A stretch of DNA of 64,000 bases. It comes from a virus. The translations under genes were made by a program, and so were the position numbers. The notes under the pieces were generated by a model. That model saw only the letters and a list, made by a program, of their open reading frames with translations, did not search any database and was not told the origin of the DNA. Of the stretch, positions 28,599 through 39,700 are shown piece after piece. The stretch covers positions 64,001-128,000 of IMG/VR virus record IMGVR_UViG_3300032268_001605; one strand, 5' to 3'. Position 1 is the first letter of the stretch, and each line of letters begins with the position of its first letter.

Positions 28599-30092
28599 AT
28601 GGAAATAAAAAAATTTGGTAAATTCTACTTAATTCAAGAAGAAGAGGCTGCTGCTAGAATGCCTGTATCGGAATCATACTGGAAAGCTAAAGGTAAGAGT
28701 GGTAAAAATGTAGCTTTATACACCCACGATGATCTAGATGGTATTTTCAGCGCGTTAGAAATGAAAAAGTGGCTCCTAAACAAAGGATTTACAATTGTAA
28801 AATATGGCATCTTAAATTATTCAGATGGTTGGAAATACACAACTCTAGATCCAACACTAATTAATGTTGTTTTGGACTTTGCAAATATGCCTGGTGATGA
28901 AAGAGATGAATTAGTTGATTACTACTTAGATCACCACGGACTTTTCAGTGAAGAGGATAAATTGAAGTATAGAGATAAACCTGTACAGAAAATCAAATCT
29001 GATTCAGCTTATGAAGCAGTGTGTTTAGCTTTAGGTACACCACAAGATGATTTAGTTGCATCGGTAATAAAAATGATTGACGCAGCAAAATATACTGAGT
29101 ATGGTGTGTCTTGGCAGAGACTTTTGGATTTCAATTTATCTGAAATAAAGAAGTCTCCAAAAGTAAGATTAGAATTCGCTGCTGCCTTTAACCAGTTCCT
29201 AAAAAGAAGCGATACTAAAACAATTATTTCAGTAATTGACAATTGTAAAGACGTTTCAATTTACTCAATCTATAATGTAATGTCTAAAGTATCACCCTAT
29301 CACAACATTCCTAAAAGAGGACCGATGGCTGGGGAAATTGTTGATTTTAGAACAGATGCTCAAGGTAGGTTAGCTAAAATGCAAAAGATGACTAGAGGTG
29401 AATACTCAGACGTTGAAACAGAGACTGGGGAAATAATGAAGATGAAAAAGATTTATAAGAGTCAAGCAGAATTTTTGGGAGACTTTCAACAAGGAACAAA
29501 AATAAAATTACCTGGCTATCAAATAGTTGGTAAATTAGCCTTTGTACCTACTGGAACTTGGGCAAACGCTTTAAGAGCTAGGTCTATAATTGAAAAGGAT
29601 TTTCAAGATGGATTAATTTCTCAAGAACCTGATTTTATACTACTACAATATGGAGGTACATTACAAGTTTGTTCATACAAAAAAATGTCCGAAATACAAC
29701 AATTACCTATATTGAAAAGTGGTGCGGTTGTTAACGATTTAGGTGTATATATGACTAGTTTATTGGATAATTTCAGACAACATTTGGGTTACTACGATCC
29801 TGATACATCAACCGGACAAGATGAAATCACCGTATCGGGTGGGCATGGGGGTATTGGATCGATTTCAAATATTTTTGGTGAATGTAAGGTATCTAGTTGT
29901 AATGGATCTAGATTCATTGATATGTTCAAGAATAAAATTATTACTGACTTATCTGGAGTTGTCTTTAATATAAATCTCAAATGGGGTGATGCTACTGAGA
30001 GCAAAATGAAAGAACCTGAACAGGATTACAAGGTGATACCAACTAGTCAAGTCACTAAACTAGACAAATATGGAAATGTGACAACTTTTTAA
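28599..30092 (+). CDS. DHH/DHHA1-family phosphoesterase
   Basis: YTHDDLDG, VVLDF, LDHH, C-terminal SGGH. N-terminal MEIKKFGKF tag. Confidence 0.8.
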   Translation: MEIKKFGKFYLIQEEEAAARMPVSESYWKAKGKSGKNVALYTHDDLDGIFSALEMKKWLLNKGFTIVKYGILNYSDGWKYTTLDPTLINVVLDFANMPGDERDELVDYYLDHHGLFSEEDKLKYRDKPVQKIKSDSAYEAVCLALGTPQDDLVASVIKMIDAAKYTEYGVSWQRLLDFNLSEIKKSPKVRLEFAAAFNQFLKRSDTKTIISVIDNCKDVSIYSIYNVMSKVSPYHNIPKRGPMAGEIVDFRTDAQGRLAKMQKMTRGEYSDVETETGEIMKMKKIYKSQAEFLGDFQQGTKIKLPGYQIVGKLAFVPTGTWANALRARSIIEKDFQDGLISQEPDFILLQYGGTLQVCSYKKMSEIQQLPILKSGAVVNDLGVYMTSLLDNFRQHLGYYDPDTSTGQDEITVSGGHGGIGSISNIFGECKVSSCNGSRFIDMFKNKIITDLSGVVFNINLKWGDATESKMKEPEQDYKVIPTSQVTKLDKYGNVTTF

Positions 30093-30095
30093 CAT

Positions 30096-30130
30096 AAAAA
30101 CCACAGAATCTCTGTGGTTTTTCTTTTTTT
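30096..30130 (+). terminator. Intrinsic terminator
   Basis: AAAAACCACAGA-ATC-TCTGTGGTTTTT followed by a T-tract. Confidence 0.8.
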
Positions 30131-30210
30131 TCTAAAGAGGAAGAGTAAAAATAAATAAATAATATGTATTTACAAATTAAATTGTAAAATATCACTATTT
30201 AATTAAATTA

Positions 30211-30603
30211 ATGGAATTTTTTTGTGTTTATGTAAAAACGAGAAAGAAGCTTGATAAATATATCAAAGTGAATCGAATTAGAAACAAATATATCATAGAT
30301 ATAAAGAAGATAATAGAGGAAGAAGAAATTGCTTTCGATGTAGAGAAAACCTATCTCAAGATAATTATTTTTCAAAAAATACAACAGGCTATTGAAAAAA
30401 AGAAGGATATTTATTATGTGCCTGATTTCGACAGCGATTTTTCAATTGAAAAGTTAATTAATATAAGAAAAATTCTCGGAGAAAAAAATGGTTTCAATGT
30501 TCTACTTTTTTACAATGAATTTAGAAGAAATCAGGAAACTCTGGATGAGTTATTTTCAAATCTTTCTAAATTCAACTCATCACAAATAATCAGAGATTAT
30601 TAA
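30211..30603 (+). CDS. Hypothetical protein
   Basis: 130-aa ORF. Confidence 0.7.
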   Translation: MEFFCVYVKTRKKLDKYIKVNRIRNKYIIDIKKIIEEEEIAFDVEKTYLKIIIFQKIQQAIEKKKDIYYVPDFDSDFSIEKLINIRKILGEKNGFNVLLFYNEFRRNQETLDELFSNLSKFNSSQIIRDY

Positions 30604-30654
30604 TCTTAGGAATTATTCAAGTTTTAATATATATTTTAAAACATAGTAAGAATA

Positions 30655-33036
30655 ATGGCATCACCCTTAGGTTTAAGTTTTAAGAATGAAAATAATGGTT
30701 TACCATCTATAAATGGAAGAAGCGTCAACTACCGAGTTGTACAGGGTAAAGCAGTACAATCAATTTTCGGTTCAGGGCAATTTTCACCCTATCCACTATC
30801 TTCAAATGCTGCCACAGGTAATGTAGAAAAAATGAGTGGCCCAACTGAAATACATGCTGATGAAAGAAATGATATTTCAATTTCTTCGATAATCGAATAT
30901 TGTTCAAAACACTCAGCTATGAAATTAGACTATTCACATTTTGCCTACCTGAAAAACGTAGGTGTTTTTCCAAATAATAGGCTTATAATAGCAAGAAGAT
31001 TCAGCGCTGGTGTAGGAAATGATTTAACAGCTATTGCAGGTCCACCACTTTCAACGATTGTGACTTATTTTAGTGACCAAGAGGAATGTTTTACAATTAC
31101 TTTTAATGAAGTCTATAAAGAATCGGAGGGTTCTTTTGAGGAAGTACTAAATGATATTGGTGATGATGTTCTTATGGGTGATAATAAGGGCGGTAAACTT
31201 GGTACTGAAGCTGCAGGTGGATTCGGTGTAATACCTCTACCGGGTATAATGGAAGGTGTGCAGCACATCGTCTTAAATAAACTTGGACTTTCTAATATAG
31301 GTGGCCCTGGTGATTCACCACTTGGCAACCCAAATTTAATAAGAGAAGCTAAACAAAGAGACATTCCTGGTAAGGGTAAAGCGGGTTCAGCCTTAGCGGC
31401 TAAATTTACAGTAACAATGACAGTAGAATATGAGCAGAAATTTATAAATGGTGTGGATCCAACATTGGTTTATTTAGACTTAATACAAAATGCATTAACA
31501 TTTGGGACTTCAGATTCAGTTTTTCAATTTAGTAGTGCCTTTGGCACAGGTGTCACTGGATTTATAAAAGATCTGATATCTGGTAATGTAAATGCTATTG
31601 TTTCAGCTATAACACAGTTTATAACTAGTCTAATAACTGCTATGAAGGATATAGTTGTACAATTTGCAAATCAATTAATTACAGAGTTAGAACAAGCAAG
31701 TAAAGAACCAGAGCAATCAGATGATAAAAACAAAAAAGAAAAGGAGCAGATCGCGAAGTCACAAAATTTATTTTTAGATAAATTAAATTCAATTACAAGT
31801 GCGACAATAGGTACAATTGTATCAAGATATAAAGTTCGACTACTGGGTATAGCTAATGCACTGACTGGGGCACCATCAACACCTTGGCATGTAACAATCG
31901 GAAATCCTAAAAAACCGATATTCAGCTCTGGTGATATGGAATGTACCAAAGTTACTCTCACACTTGGACCAACATTAGCTTTTAACGACTTACCATCATC
32001 CATAAAATTGGATATAGATCTATCTAATGCTCGACCACTTGGTGCACAAGAAATATTTAATAGATTTAATACGGGAAGAGGTAGAAGTTATGTTAGAACA
32101 AATCTTTCATTTGTGGAAACTAACGATGCGCTTATTCAAAATGAAGTTGTTAAGAAAGTAGATCAATTGAATAAAGAAAATAATGCTGAAACTCAAAAAC
32201 CTGCACCATCGAGTAGCGCAACCGCACAAACTTCACCTGCTGATGGTAGCTCGAATAAGAACCAAGCTACAGAGGGTGTAAATAACGGGATCGTAATAGT
32301 TACACCACCTGCGGTGACTAAAGATCCTTATTTAGTTGATTTCTCTAATACTGGAGTTGAATGGGGTGTTAAACAAACAGAACCACCAGTTGGAAATAGA
32401 ACAGTTACTGGTGATAGCACTACACCTATCACAACACAACCTGTAGGTGTAACATCCTCAAATCAATCAAGTAATAATCCAAGTACACCTACGTCAATTT
32501 TGGCACAAGCAACGGATTCTTCAATAGTTCCATTGGCACCATCAATACCGGGTCTTGCCTCAACGCCACTCACTTTTGGTACTAACCCACCTGAATTTTT
32601 ACCACCATCAACAGGGTTACCTCTGACTGTACCTGGTGCGTCTTCATCACCTGCTGTATTACCAACTAATGCGACAACAACACTGGCTATACAATCTCGG
32701 TTTTCAACGATTACACCTGATACTACTACTCAATCTTCAACACCTCCACCACCTCAAAATATACCAGCTCAGCCAACTGTTACAGCAGCAACTACAAGTA
32801 TAACTGAACCTCCATCTGTTCTTACAACACTTACTGATAATGTTTTTGATGATGATGGTCAATTAACTGCAATAAGAGTGTTGATATTAAATAATGGTAA
32901 GGTTATAAAAAAACAGGATTTTAGTTCAGTCACATTTACTACAGAAAGTGCTCTAAATGCAGCGAGAGCTGAAATTTCATTTGGTGTTGTTGGTAATGAT
33001 GGTAGGTTCTATGTACAAGGACAAGTTCCAAAATAA
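30655..33036 (+). CDS. Virion structural protein (baseplate/tail-tube-like) with Pro/Thr/Ser-rich C-terminal linker
   Basis: First gene of the baseplate operon. PNNRLIIARRF and TPWHVTIGNP motifs; long P/T/S tract. Confidence 0.6.
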   Translation: MASPLGLSFKNENNGLPSINGRSVNYRVVQGKAVQSIFGSGQFSPYPLSSNAATGNVEKMSGPTEIHADERNDISISSIIEYCSKHSAMKLDYSHFAYLKNVGVFPNNRLIIARRFSAGVGNDLTAIAGPPLSTIVTYFSDQEECFTITFNEVYKESEGSFEEVLNDIGDDVLMGDNKGGKLGTEAAGGFGVIPLPGIMEGVQHIVLNKLGLSNIGGPGDSPLGNPNLIREAKQRDIPGKGKAGSALAAKFTVTMTVEYEQKFINGVDPTLVYLDLIQNALTFGTSDSVFQFSSAFGTGVTGFIKDLISGNVNAIVSAITQFITSLITAMKDIVVQFANQLITELEQASKEPEQSDDKNKKEKEQIAKSQNLFLDKLNSITSATIGTIVSRYKVRLLGIANALTGAPSTPWHVTIGNPKKPIFSSGDMECTKVTLTLGPTLAFNDLPSSIKLDIDLSNARPLGAQEIFNRFNTGRGRSYVRTNLSFVETNDALIQNEVVKKVDQLNKENNAETQKPAPSSSATAQTSPADGSSNKNQATEGVNNGIVIVTPPAVTKDPYLVDFSNTGVEWGVKQTEPPVGNRTVTGDSTTPITTQPVGVTSSNQSSNNPSTPTSILAQATDSSIVPLAPSIPGLASTPLTFGTNPPEFLPPSTGLPLTVPGASSSPAVLPTNATTTLAIQSRFSTITPDTTTQSSTPPPPQNIPAQPTVTAATTSITEPPSVLTTLTDNVFDDDGQLTAIRVLILNNGKVIKKQDFSSVTFTTESALNAARAEISFGVVGNDGRFYVQGQVPK

Positions 33037-33051
33037 AAAAAATTATAATTT

Positions 33052-33513
33052 ATGAAATTATTTGATTTAGATTCACTGAGAAAAGACCCAGAACAAAATA
33101 ATTTGTATAATTTATTTGAGCCTACTTTCAGAGTACTCCAGAATTATCAGCAGAACATTTTTGTAGCTGATAGGGACTGTGAAATGAGAATGGATATTGT
33201 TTGTGATAAAATATTCAATAGAGTCAATTCGCTCGATGGTATTCTACACTTGAATGATATAGATAATCCTCTCAATATAATGGAAAATGACACAATTTAT
33301 TTTACATCAGAAGAAGCTTTGAATGACTTTAAATTAAATGAGGTAGATAAGAAAGAAATTAGAAATCAATTAACTAATCAAAACAAAACAACTAAAAAAG
33401 ATAAAAATAGAGAGAAATACGTTGAAGATAATTTTTCACTACCACCTACCGTTCTACCACAACCAAAATCTTCTATTTCATTCGAGGGGGATAAAATTGT
33501 TTTAGGATTATAA
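33052..33513 (+). CDS. Baseplate wedge protein (gp53/LysM-like)
   Basis: EMRMDIVC..IF.....ILHLNDIDNPLNI.END.IY. Confidence 0.7.
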   Translation: MKLFDLDSLRKDPEQNNLYNLFEPTFRVLQNYQQNIFVADRDCEMRMDIVCDKIFNRVNSLDGILHLNDIDNPLNIMENDTIYFTSEEALNDFKLNEVDKKEIRNQLTNQNKTTKKDKNREKYVEDNFSLPPTVLPQPKSSISFEGDKIVLGL

Positions 33514-33527
33514 ATTACAAATAAATC

Positions 33528-36500
33528 ATGGGTAAAATAATTCCAACACTTGACCGCACAAGACTATCTAATTTGGAGTCTCTCTATACCGCAATTAAGA
33601 ATAGTACCATTAAAAACAAATTTGTTCAAGCTGGTATTCTTGCAGTTTGTGCAAAAGAATCTGGGTTTACTCTCGTTGCGGAGTTAGATTGGAGAAGCAC
33701 TAAAGATCCAAAGTATATTCGTTCTATATTCGGAAGTAAACTAGCCGAGTTGACAGATAAACAAATAATAGAATTGAAAAATGACCCAGAAGATTGGTTC
33801 GATTATTTATATGGAGGACAAGCTGGTAATTCTCAAGCACTAAAAAAATTCAATGCACTGAATAGAAAATTACCAAGAAGTGAAGGATACAAATATAGAG
33901 GTCGCGGATATAACCAATTAACCTTCAAAGGTAATTATGAATTTTATTCAAAATTAATCAAGGTAGATATTGTCACTAATCCCGACTCAATGCTGAAGCC
34001 AGATGTTGCCGCCAAAGTATTAGTTGCCTATATGGTTTCAAGCTTCCAAAGCAAGGCACTTTTGGCAAAATGGGGTGTTAAAGACACAATCAATAACGTT
34101 AATAATTTACTAGACGGGGTAGGTCTTCCTTACCATGCTACTGGTGGTGCCGGATACTCCAAACAAGCAGTCATTGATTTAGTTCCTACTGGATGGAAGA
34201 GAGCGAATGAATACGCTGCCGAATTCTACGAATGGATCCTTAAAAAGGAGGGTATAGTAGACCCAGGTATCACTTCTACTCCCTCAAGTAGTAGTGGACC
34301 TCAAACAACACAAGGTGGAACATCATCAGGAACATCATCAGTAGCATCCGACTCAACAGCTATTGCTCAGGATAAAAGTAGGGGCGATATACAAGGACAA
34401 GAAGGGAACACATCTAATCCGTCTACACAAAAAACTGAGGGGGAACTAAAGAAAAACATTATACAAATAGCTGAGCCAAGATTGAAGCCAACTGTAATAA
34501 AAATGCAAATTCCACCTGGTGAGCAAACTAAAAAAGAATATCAACAAACAATCGCACTAGTGCCTTTTGTTTGGTATGGATCTTATCAGATAGAATACAA
34601 AAATATAGAGTTTTTGCAGTTATATACTTCCTCGGGCATACCTGCATTAAAAATGGTATTTCTCGATACTTTCAATTTAATGAAAGACAGCGCTTTCCCA
34701 TTAGATGATACTATAATCACTGTTTTTATTAATCCTCGTTCAGAACAATTAAAACCAATACACTTGGATTTTAAAATCATTAATTTTTCAGTAGATAAAA
34801 GGACATATACGATTACTGGAACACTCGATGCTAATGGACTCTACACAAAAAAGTTTAAATCGTTTTCAAATAGAACAAGCTATGACGCTTTAAAAGATAT
34901 TAGTGGAGAAGTAGGTTTAGGTTTTGCTTCGAATATTGACACAACAAATGATAAAATGAGTTGGATTTGCACAGGACAAAGATATGTTGAGTTTATCGAA
35001 AGTATAGTTAATAATTCTTATAAATCCGATGAGACATATCTAAGTGCCTATATCGACTTTTACTATAACTTAATATATGTTGATGTTGAAAAAGAAAATT
35101 CAAGAAATATTAGAGAAGAGTTGGGAGTTGGTAATATCGGATTAAATGAATTAGCCAAAGAAAAAAAAGAAATTTTAAGCAGATTACTATTAACAAATGA
35201 TAAAGCATTTAGAGATACTAATAACTACTTTGCTGAACATAGGGTTATGAATAACTCCACCTCTATTTCACTAAGAGAAGGATATTCAACAAAAATAAAG
35301 TACTATGACCAAATAAAAAAGGAATTCCTGGTTTTTGATATTGATTCTTTGACATCCTCAGAAGAAGATAAAATCATACTCAAGGGTAAACCCCAAGATG
35401 AAGGATTTTATAAAGAAAATACCGAAGTTGTCTATTTTGGAAAGTTAGACGAAGATAATATGTTTGCTAATTACCATTATTCTTATGTACAAAATTATAG
35501 AAATTTAGTAGAACTCGGTAAGATATCGATTGAGATTTACATGAAAAGTCCAAATTTCAATCTCTATCGATATCAAAAAATCTTAGTAACTATATCTAAT
35601 CAGTCCCCGAATATCACTTCAGGACAAATGAATGCGAGATTAACCGGTGAATGGTTAATAGTAGATATCACGTATAGATATGAAAGTGGTAGATTCACAC
35701 AAGTTATAAAAGTTGTTAAACGAGAATTAGAAACAGGTCCTAATGAAAAGCCACAAGAAGTTACACAAAAGAAAAAGAGAGATACAGGTAGAGGCACTTC
35801 AGAAAATCCGGACCCATCAGATACAACAACATCACAGACTCAGACTAGCATTACACAAACAACTGCTGGTACTCAAAGTGGCGGAGATACTACTAAACCT
35901 GTGGAAAGTGTTCCTGAAACAACTAATGAAACAGCGGGGATGAATTTCACTGTACCACCACCGCCACAAACTCCTACTAAATCTTCACCTTCTAATTTCC
36001 CTGTCAAGGCTACTTCATTCAAAAAAATAGAAAGAAACCCTACACAGATAGTTATACATTATACAGCTGGATGGCAAGTTTTAGATAAAGGTGCTGGTAC
36101 CATTGATTTTTTAATGAATGGCCGAACCGATGCTCCAGGTGGACTATCTTATCACTACATTATTTCAGTGGATGGACATATAGAGAATGTTGTTGATCCG
36201 AAATATCAAGCAGCACATAGTGGGTTTCCAATTAATGAAGTTTCTATAGGTATCTCTCTAAGTAGTCTAGGTACAACATTTGATAGTTATGGTGTTAAAG
36301 GGGCAAATGACCAAGTTGACACATTGAGAAAGTCTTCAAACAGTTATAAAAAGTCGCTTTATGGCAAAAATGAAGACTATGTTAAATTAGTTGATTTTGA
36401 TGGAAATGAAAAAAAATATAGAGGATTTACATCTTGTCAGGAAGTCAGTGTGGCACAAATCGTAGCACTGGAAAAACTACTCAAACAATTGAAAAATAAA

Positions 36501-36710
36501 TTTCCGACTCTGCCAAGTTATAAAGGTTTAACAAGGGAACATTATGATATACTATTTCCACAAGCTGGTGTAAGAAAGGGTTCATTCGGACTCGCATCTT
36601 GGAAGCAAGGCACAACAGAAATCTATTCACATTGCTCAATAGAGGTAGGTAAGGTAGATATTGCACCAACACCAAGACTTATAAACTTTTTCAAAAGACT
36701 GAGGTTATAA
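33528..36710 (+). CDS. Baseplate hub-like protein with N-terminal GH19/lysozyme and C-terminal amidase_2 domains
   Basis: AKESG...KYRGRGYNQLTFKGNY; central hub ending LTGEWLIVDITY; IVIHYTAG, SYHYIIS.DG, SIGI, YSH. Confidence 0.8.
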   Translation: MGKIIPTLDRTRLSNLESLYTAIKNSTIKNKFVQAGILAVCAKESGFTLVAELDWRSTKDPKYIRSIFGSKLAELTDKQIIELKNDPEDWFDYLYGGQAGNSQALKKFNALNRKLPRSEGYKYRGRGYNQLTFKGNYEFYSKLIKVDIVTNPDSMLKPDVAAKVLVAYMVSSFQSKALLAKWGVKDTINNVNNLLDGVGLPYHATGGAGYSKQAVIDLVPTGWKRANEYAAEFYEWILKKEGIVDPGITSTPSSSSGPQTTQGGTSSGTSSVASDSTAIAQDKSRGDIQGQEGNTSNPSTQKTEGELKKNIIQIAEPRLKPTVIKMQIPPGEQTKKEYQQTIALVPFVWYGSYQIEYKNIEFLQLYTSSGIPALKMVFLDTFNLMKDSAFPLDDTIITVFINPRSEQLKPIHLDFKIINFSVDKRTYTITGTLDANGLYTKKFKSFSNRTSYDALKDISGEVGLGFASNIDTTNDKMSWICTGQRYVEFIESIVNNSYKSDETYLSAYIDFYYNLIYVDVEKENSRNIREELGVGNIGLNELAKEKKEILSRLLLTNDKAFRDTNNYFAEHRVMNNSTSISLREGYSTKIKYYDQIKKEFLVFDIDSLTSSEEDKIILKGKPQDEGFYKENTEVVYFGKLDEDNMFANYHYSYVQNYRNLVELGKISIEIYMKSPNFNLYRYQKILVTISNQSPNITSGQMNARLTGEWLIVDITYRYESGRFTQVIKVVKRELETGPNEKPQEVTQKKKRDTGRGTSENPDPSDTTTSQTQTSITQTTAGTQSGGDTTKPVESVPETTNETAGMNFTVPPPPQTPTKSSPSNFPVKATSFKKIERNPTQIVIHYTAGWQVLDKGAGTIDFLMNGRTDAPGGLSYHYIISVDGHIENVVDPKYQAAHSGFPINEVSIGISLSSLGTTFDSYGVKGANDQVDTLRKSSNSYKKSLYGKNEDYVKLVDFDGNEKKYRGFTSCQEVSVAQIVALEKLLKQLKNKFPTLPSYKGLTREHYDILFPQAGVRKGSFGLASWKQGTTEIYSHCSIEVGKVDIAPTPRLINFFKRLRL

Positions 36711-36740
36711 TTTATATATAAGGTAAATTATTTTTTTAAA

Positions 36741-39700
36741 ATGGCAGGTGAAGACCAAATCAGAGATAACATTGAACAATATAATCGCAGGAATAAAGCT
36801 CAATTTTCTCGACTCAATTTTTTACGAGGTGTTGGAGAAGTGGATAACGAACTACCAATTGATGATCCCATTATTTGGAAAAAAACCTTTGAGAGAAATA
36901 GATTTCAAGACCCAACAGTATATCAAGATATAATTGATAGAGCCAAGTCATCTAAAAAGATTGGTGAGGATCCCCTACCACCAGGTATTATGAAAGAGAC
37001 ACCTAATCAAATAGTTGAGGGTGCCTTAGATGGACTTGGTGATTGGAGACAAAATTATAAAAATATTAACTATCCTGGTGTTGATTTTAAAACTGGATTC
37101 ACGAAGCCACCGGTTTATCCAACTGAATACTCTAAATTCAATTATGATCCAACTAATTTAAAAACAGTAAGTCAGCCGGCACAAGAACAAATTAAGGTTA
37201 GAAAACAGTACTATAACAACTTTGAAGACTTTTCAGGTAAACAGTTTACACATCTACTTGATTATTTTAGCGCACAAAAGGGGATTGGTGATTTTAGACC
37301 GATTCCAGATCCTGTGACAGCAGGTATTAAAGATATCTATCTCGGATCCTTCATAAAAACCTTCGACGAAAACGAAGATCCAACCATGCTAGGATATGAT
37401 TTGACTATAAAAATAGACCAGTCACCACTTTTCAATGGTACAGTAGAATCATTCATAAAACAATTTGCTGGATATGGTAATTCAGAAATCGCCACAAGAC
37501 TGGAAATCTATGGTAAGTTCAAAGAACAGTTCTTTAAATTTTTTAAAAATGACCAACCCAGCAGTCAAAATAGTCCAGTTTTCGATGGAACAAGTGGTAC
37601 AAAAACATATTACCTTAAAAAAATTGGTGGACTAAATGGATTAAATGACCAAAGCGATGGAAATGAAAGTAAACAATTTGTTGATTATGGTAAAACATTC
37701 ATCACTTTAGGTTTCTACGAAGATGTTACACAAAATTTAGGTTATTTGGCATCATTATATAAATCACTTGCCTACTCACGTCTAAATGGTAAACAAATAA
37801 TTCCAGGAAATGTTCTAAGATTTGATGTGGATATCACAATTACCGAAGTTAAAAAATACAATAGAGTATTTAAAAACTTATTGGATAATAAATTAGATAT
37901 AGTTGTTGATAAAATATCAAAGTATGTTTACACATTATATGAATGTCAATTTTTCTTCCCGACTCTACCGCATGGGGATTCTATAGATATGTGGGATTTG
38001 AAAACCACTGATGAGTTTGAATTCAAATTCAATTATAAATGGTCAACCCTGAGATTCGATAAAATACCGCCTATGTCACAATCTACACAGTCGAATACTC
38101 CAGAAAATGTATCAAAAGAGAAAATTGATAATAAACAACTATTACCATCACAGGTAATGAGTGATTCAACAACGAATAATTCAATACAAGATGCAAAAAT
38201 TGTAAGTGAGCCAGCAAAAGAGCCACTTAAAGAGGCAGGAGCTGTGAATTTAGAAACGAATCAAAAAGTTGAGGTATCAATTTCTAAAGGCGGAGATTTA
38301 GAATCAACAATAGAGGCTGCAAAAAATTTACCACAAGAAGCAGCCGCACCAACTGCCTTAATTAAGGATACAACAAATGCTGCACTTGAATCCAAACCGG
38401 ATTTAGGAAATATCGGTGCTCAATTAGCAAAATCCTCAACTAACTTTTTAAGTGAAGCAACTAACCCATCTCAGAATCCGAATTTTGGTTTTGTGGCAGG
38501 TGCGCTTGAAAAAATTAAAAGTTCTGCCATATCCCCAACTATGGGAGCATTCACTAAAAACCTAGTTGGTGGCGGACTGATAGGTGGGAATATTGGAGCA
38601 CTTACAAGTAACCTGAATATATCTAATATTGGAAATGCACTTGGAAAAATTAATGCCTCTGCTATAGCACCTCAATTAGGAGCATTTACTAAAAATTTAG
38701 TTGGTGGATCACTACAAGGCGGTAACCTACTAAATGCCATACCTAAGAATTTAAATATTAGCTCGGTCACAAATGCACTAAAAAGTATCAACGCTTCTGC
38801 GATAGCCCCAACAATTGGTAACTTCACTAAAAATTTAGTTGGTGGTGCCCTAAAAGGAGGTAACCTTCTTAATGCTCTACCAGGAAATTTAAATCTTGGG
38901 TCAGTTACAAATGCCCTAAAAAGTATCAATGCGTCAGCTATAGCACCTCAATTAGGAGCATTCACTAAAAATTTAATCGGTGGTTCCCTGAAAGGTGGTA
39001 ATCTACTAAATTCCATACCTAAGAATTTAAATTTGGGTAGTGTTGGTGATGCACTAAAACGCATTAACACATCTGCGATAGCACCTCAGATTGGAGCTTT
39101 CACTAAAAATCTAATAGGTGGTACCTTACAAGGCGGTAATCTACTAAATGCCATACCTAAGAATTTAAATTTAGGTTCTGTCACAAATGCTCTAAAAAGT
39201 ATAAACGCTTCAGCAATAGCTCCAACACTGGGTAATTTCACTAAGAACTTAGTTGGTGGTGCCCTGAAAGGTGGTAATCTACTTAATGCTATACCCAAAA
39301 ATTTAAATTTAGGTTCTGTTACAAATGCCTTAAAAAGTATAAACGCTTCAGCAATAGTCCCAACAATTGGTAATTTCACTAAAAATCTAGTTGGTGGTGC
39401 TCTGAAAGGTGGTGATCTACTAAATTCCATACCTAAGAATTTAAATTTAGGTTCTGTCACAAATGCCTTAAAAAGTATAAACGCTTCAGCAATAGCCCCA
39501 ACACTAGGCAATTTCACAAAAAATTTAGTTGGTGGTGCACTAAAGGGCGGTAATCTACTTAATGCCATACCTAAGAATTTAAATTTAGGTTCTGTCACAA
39601 ATGCCCTAAAAAGTATAAACGCCTCAGCAATAGCTCCGACAATAGGTAATTTTACCAAGAACTTAGTTGGCGGTGCCCTGAAAGGTGGTGATCTACTAAA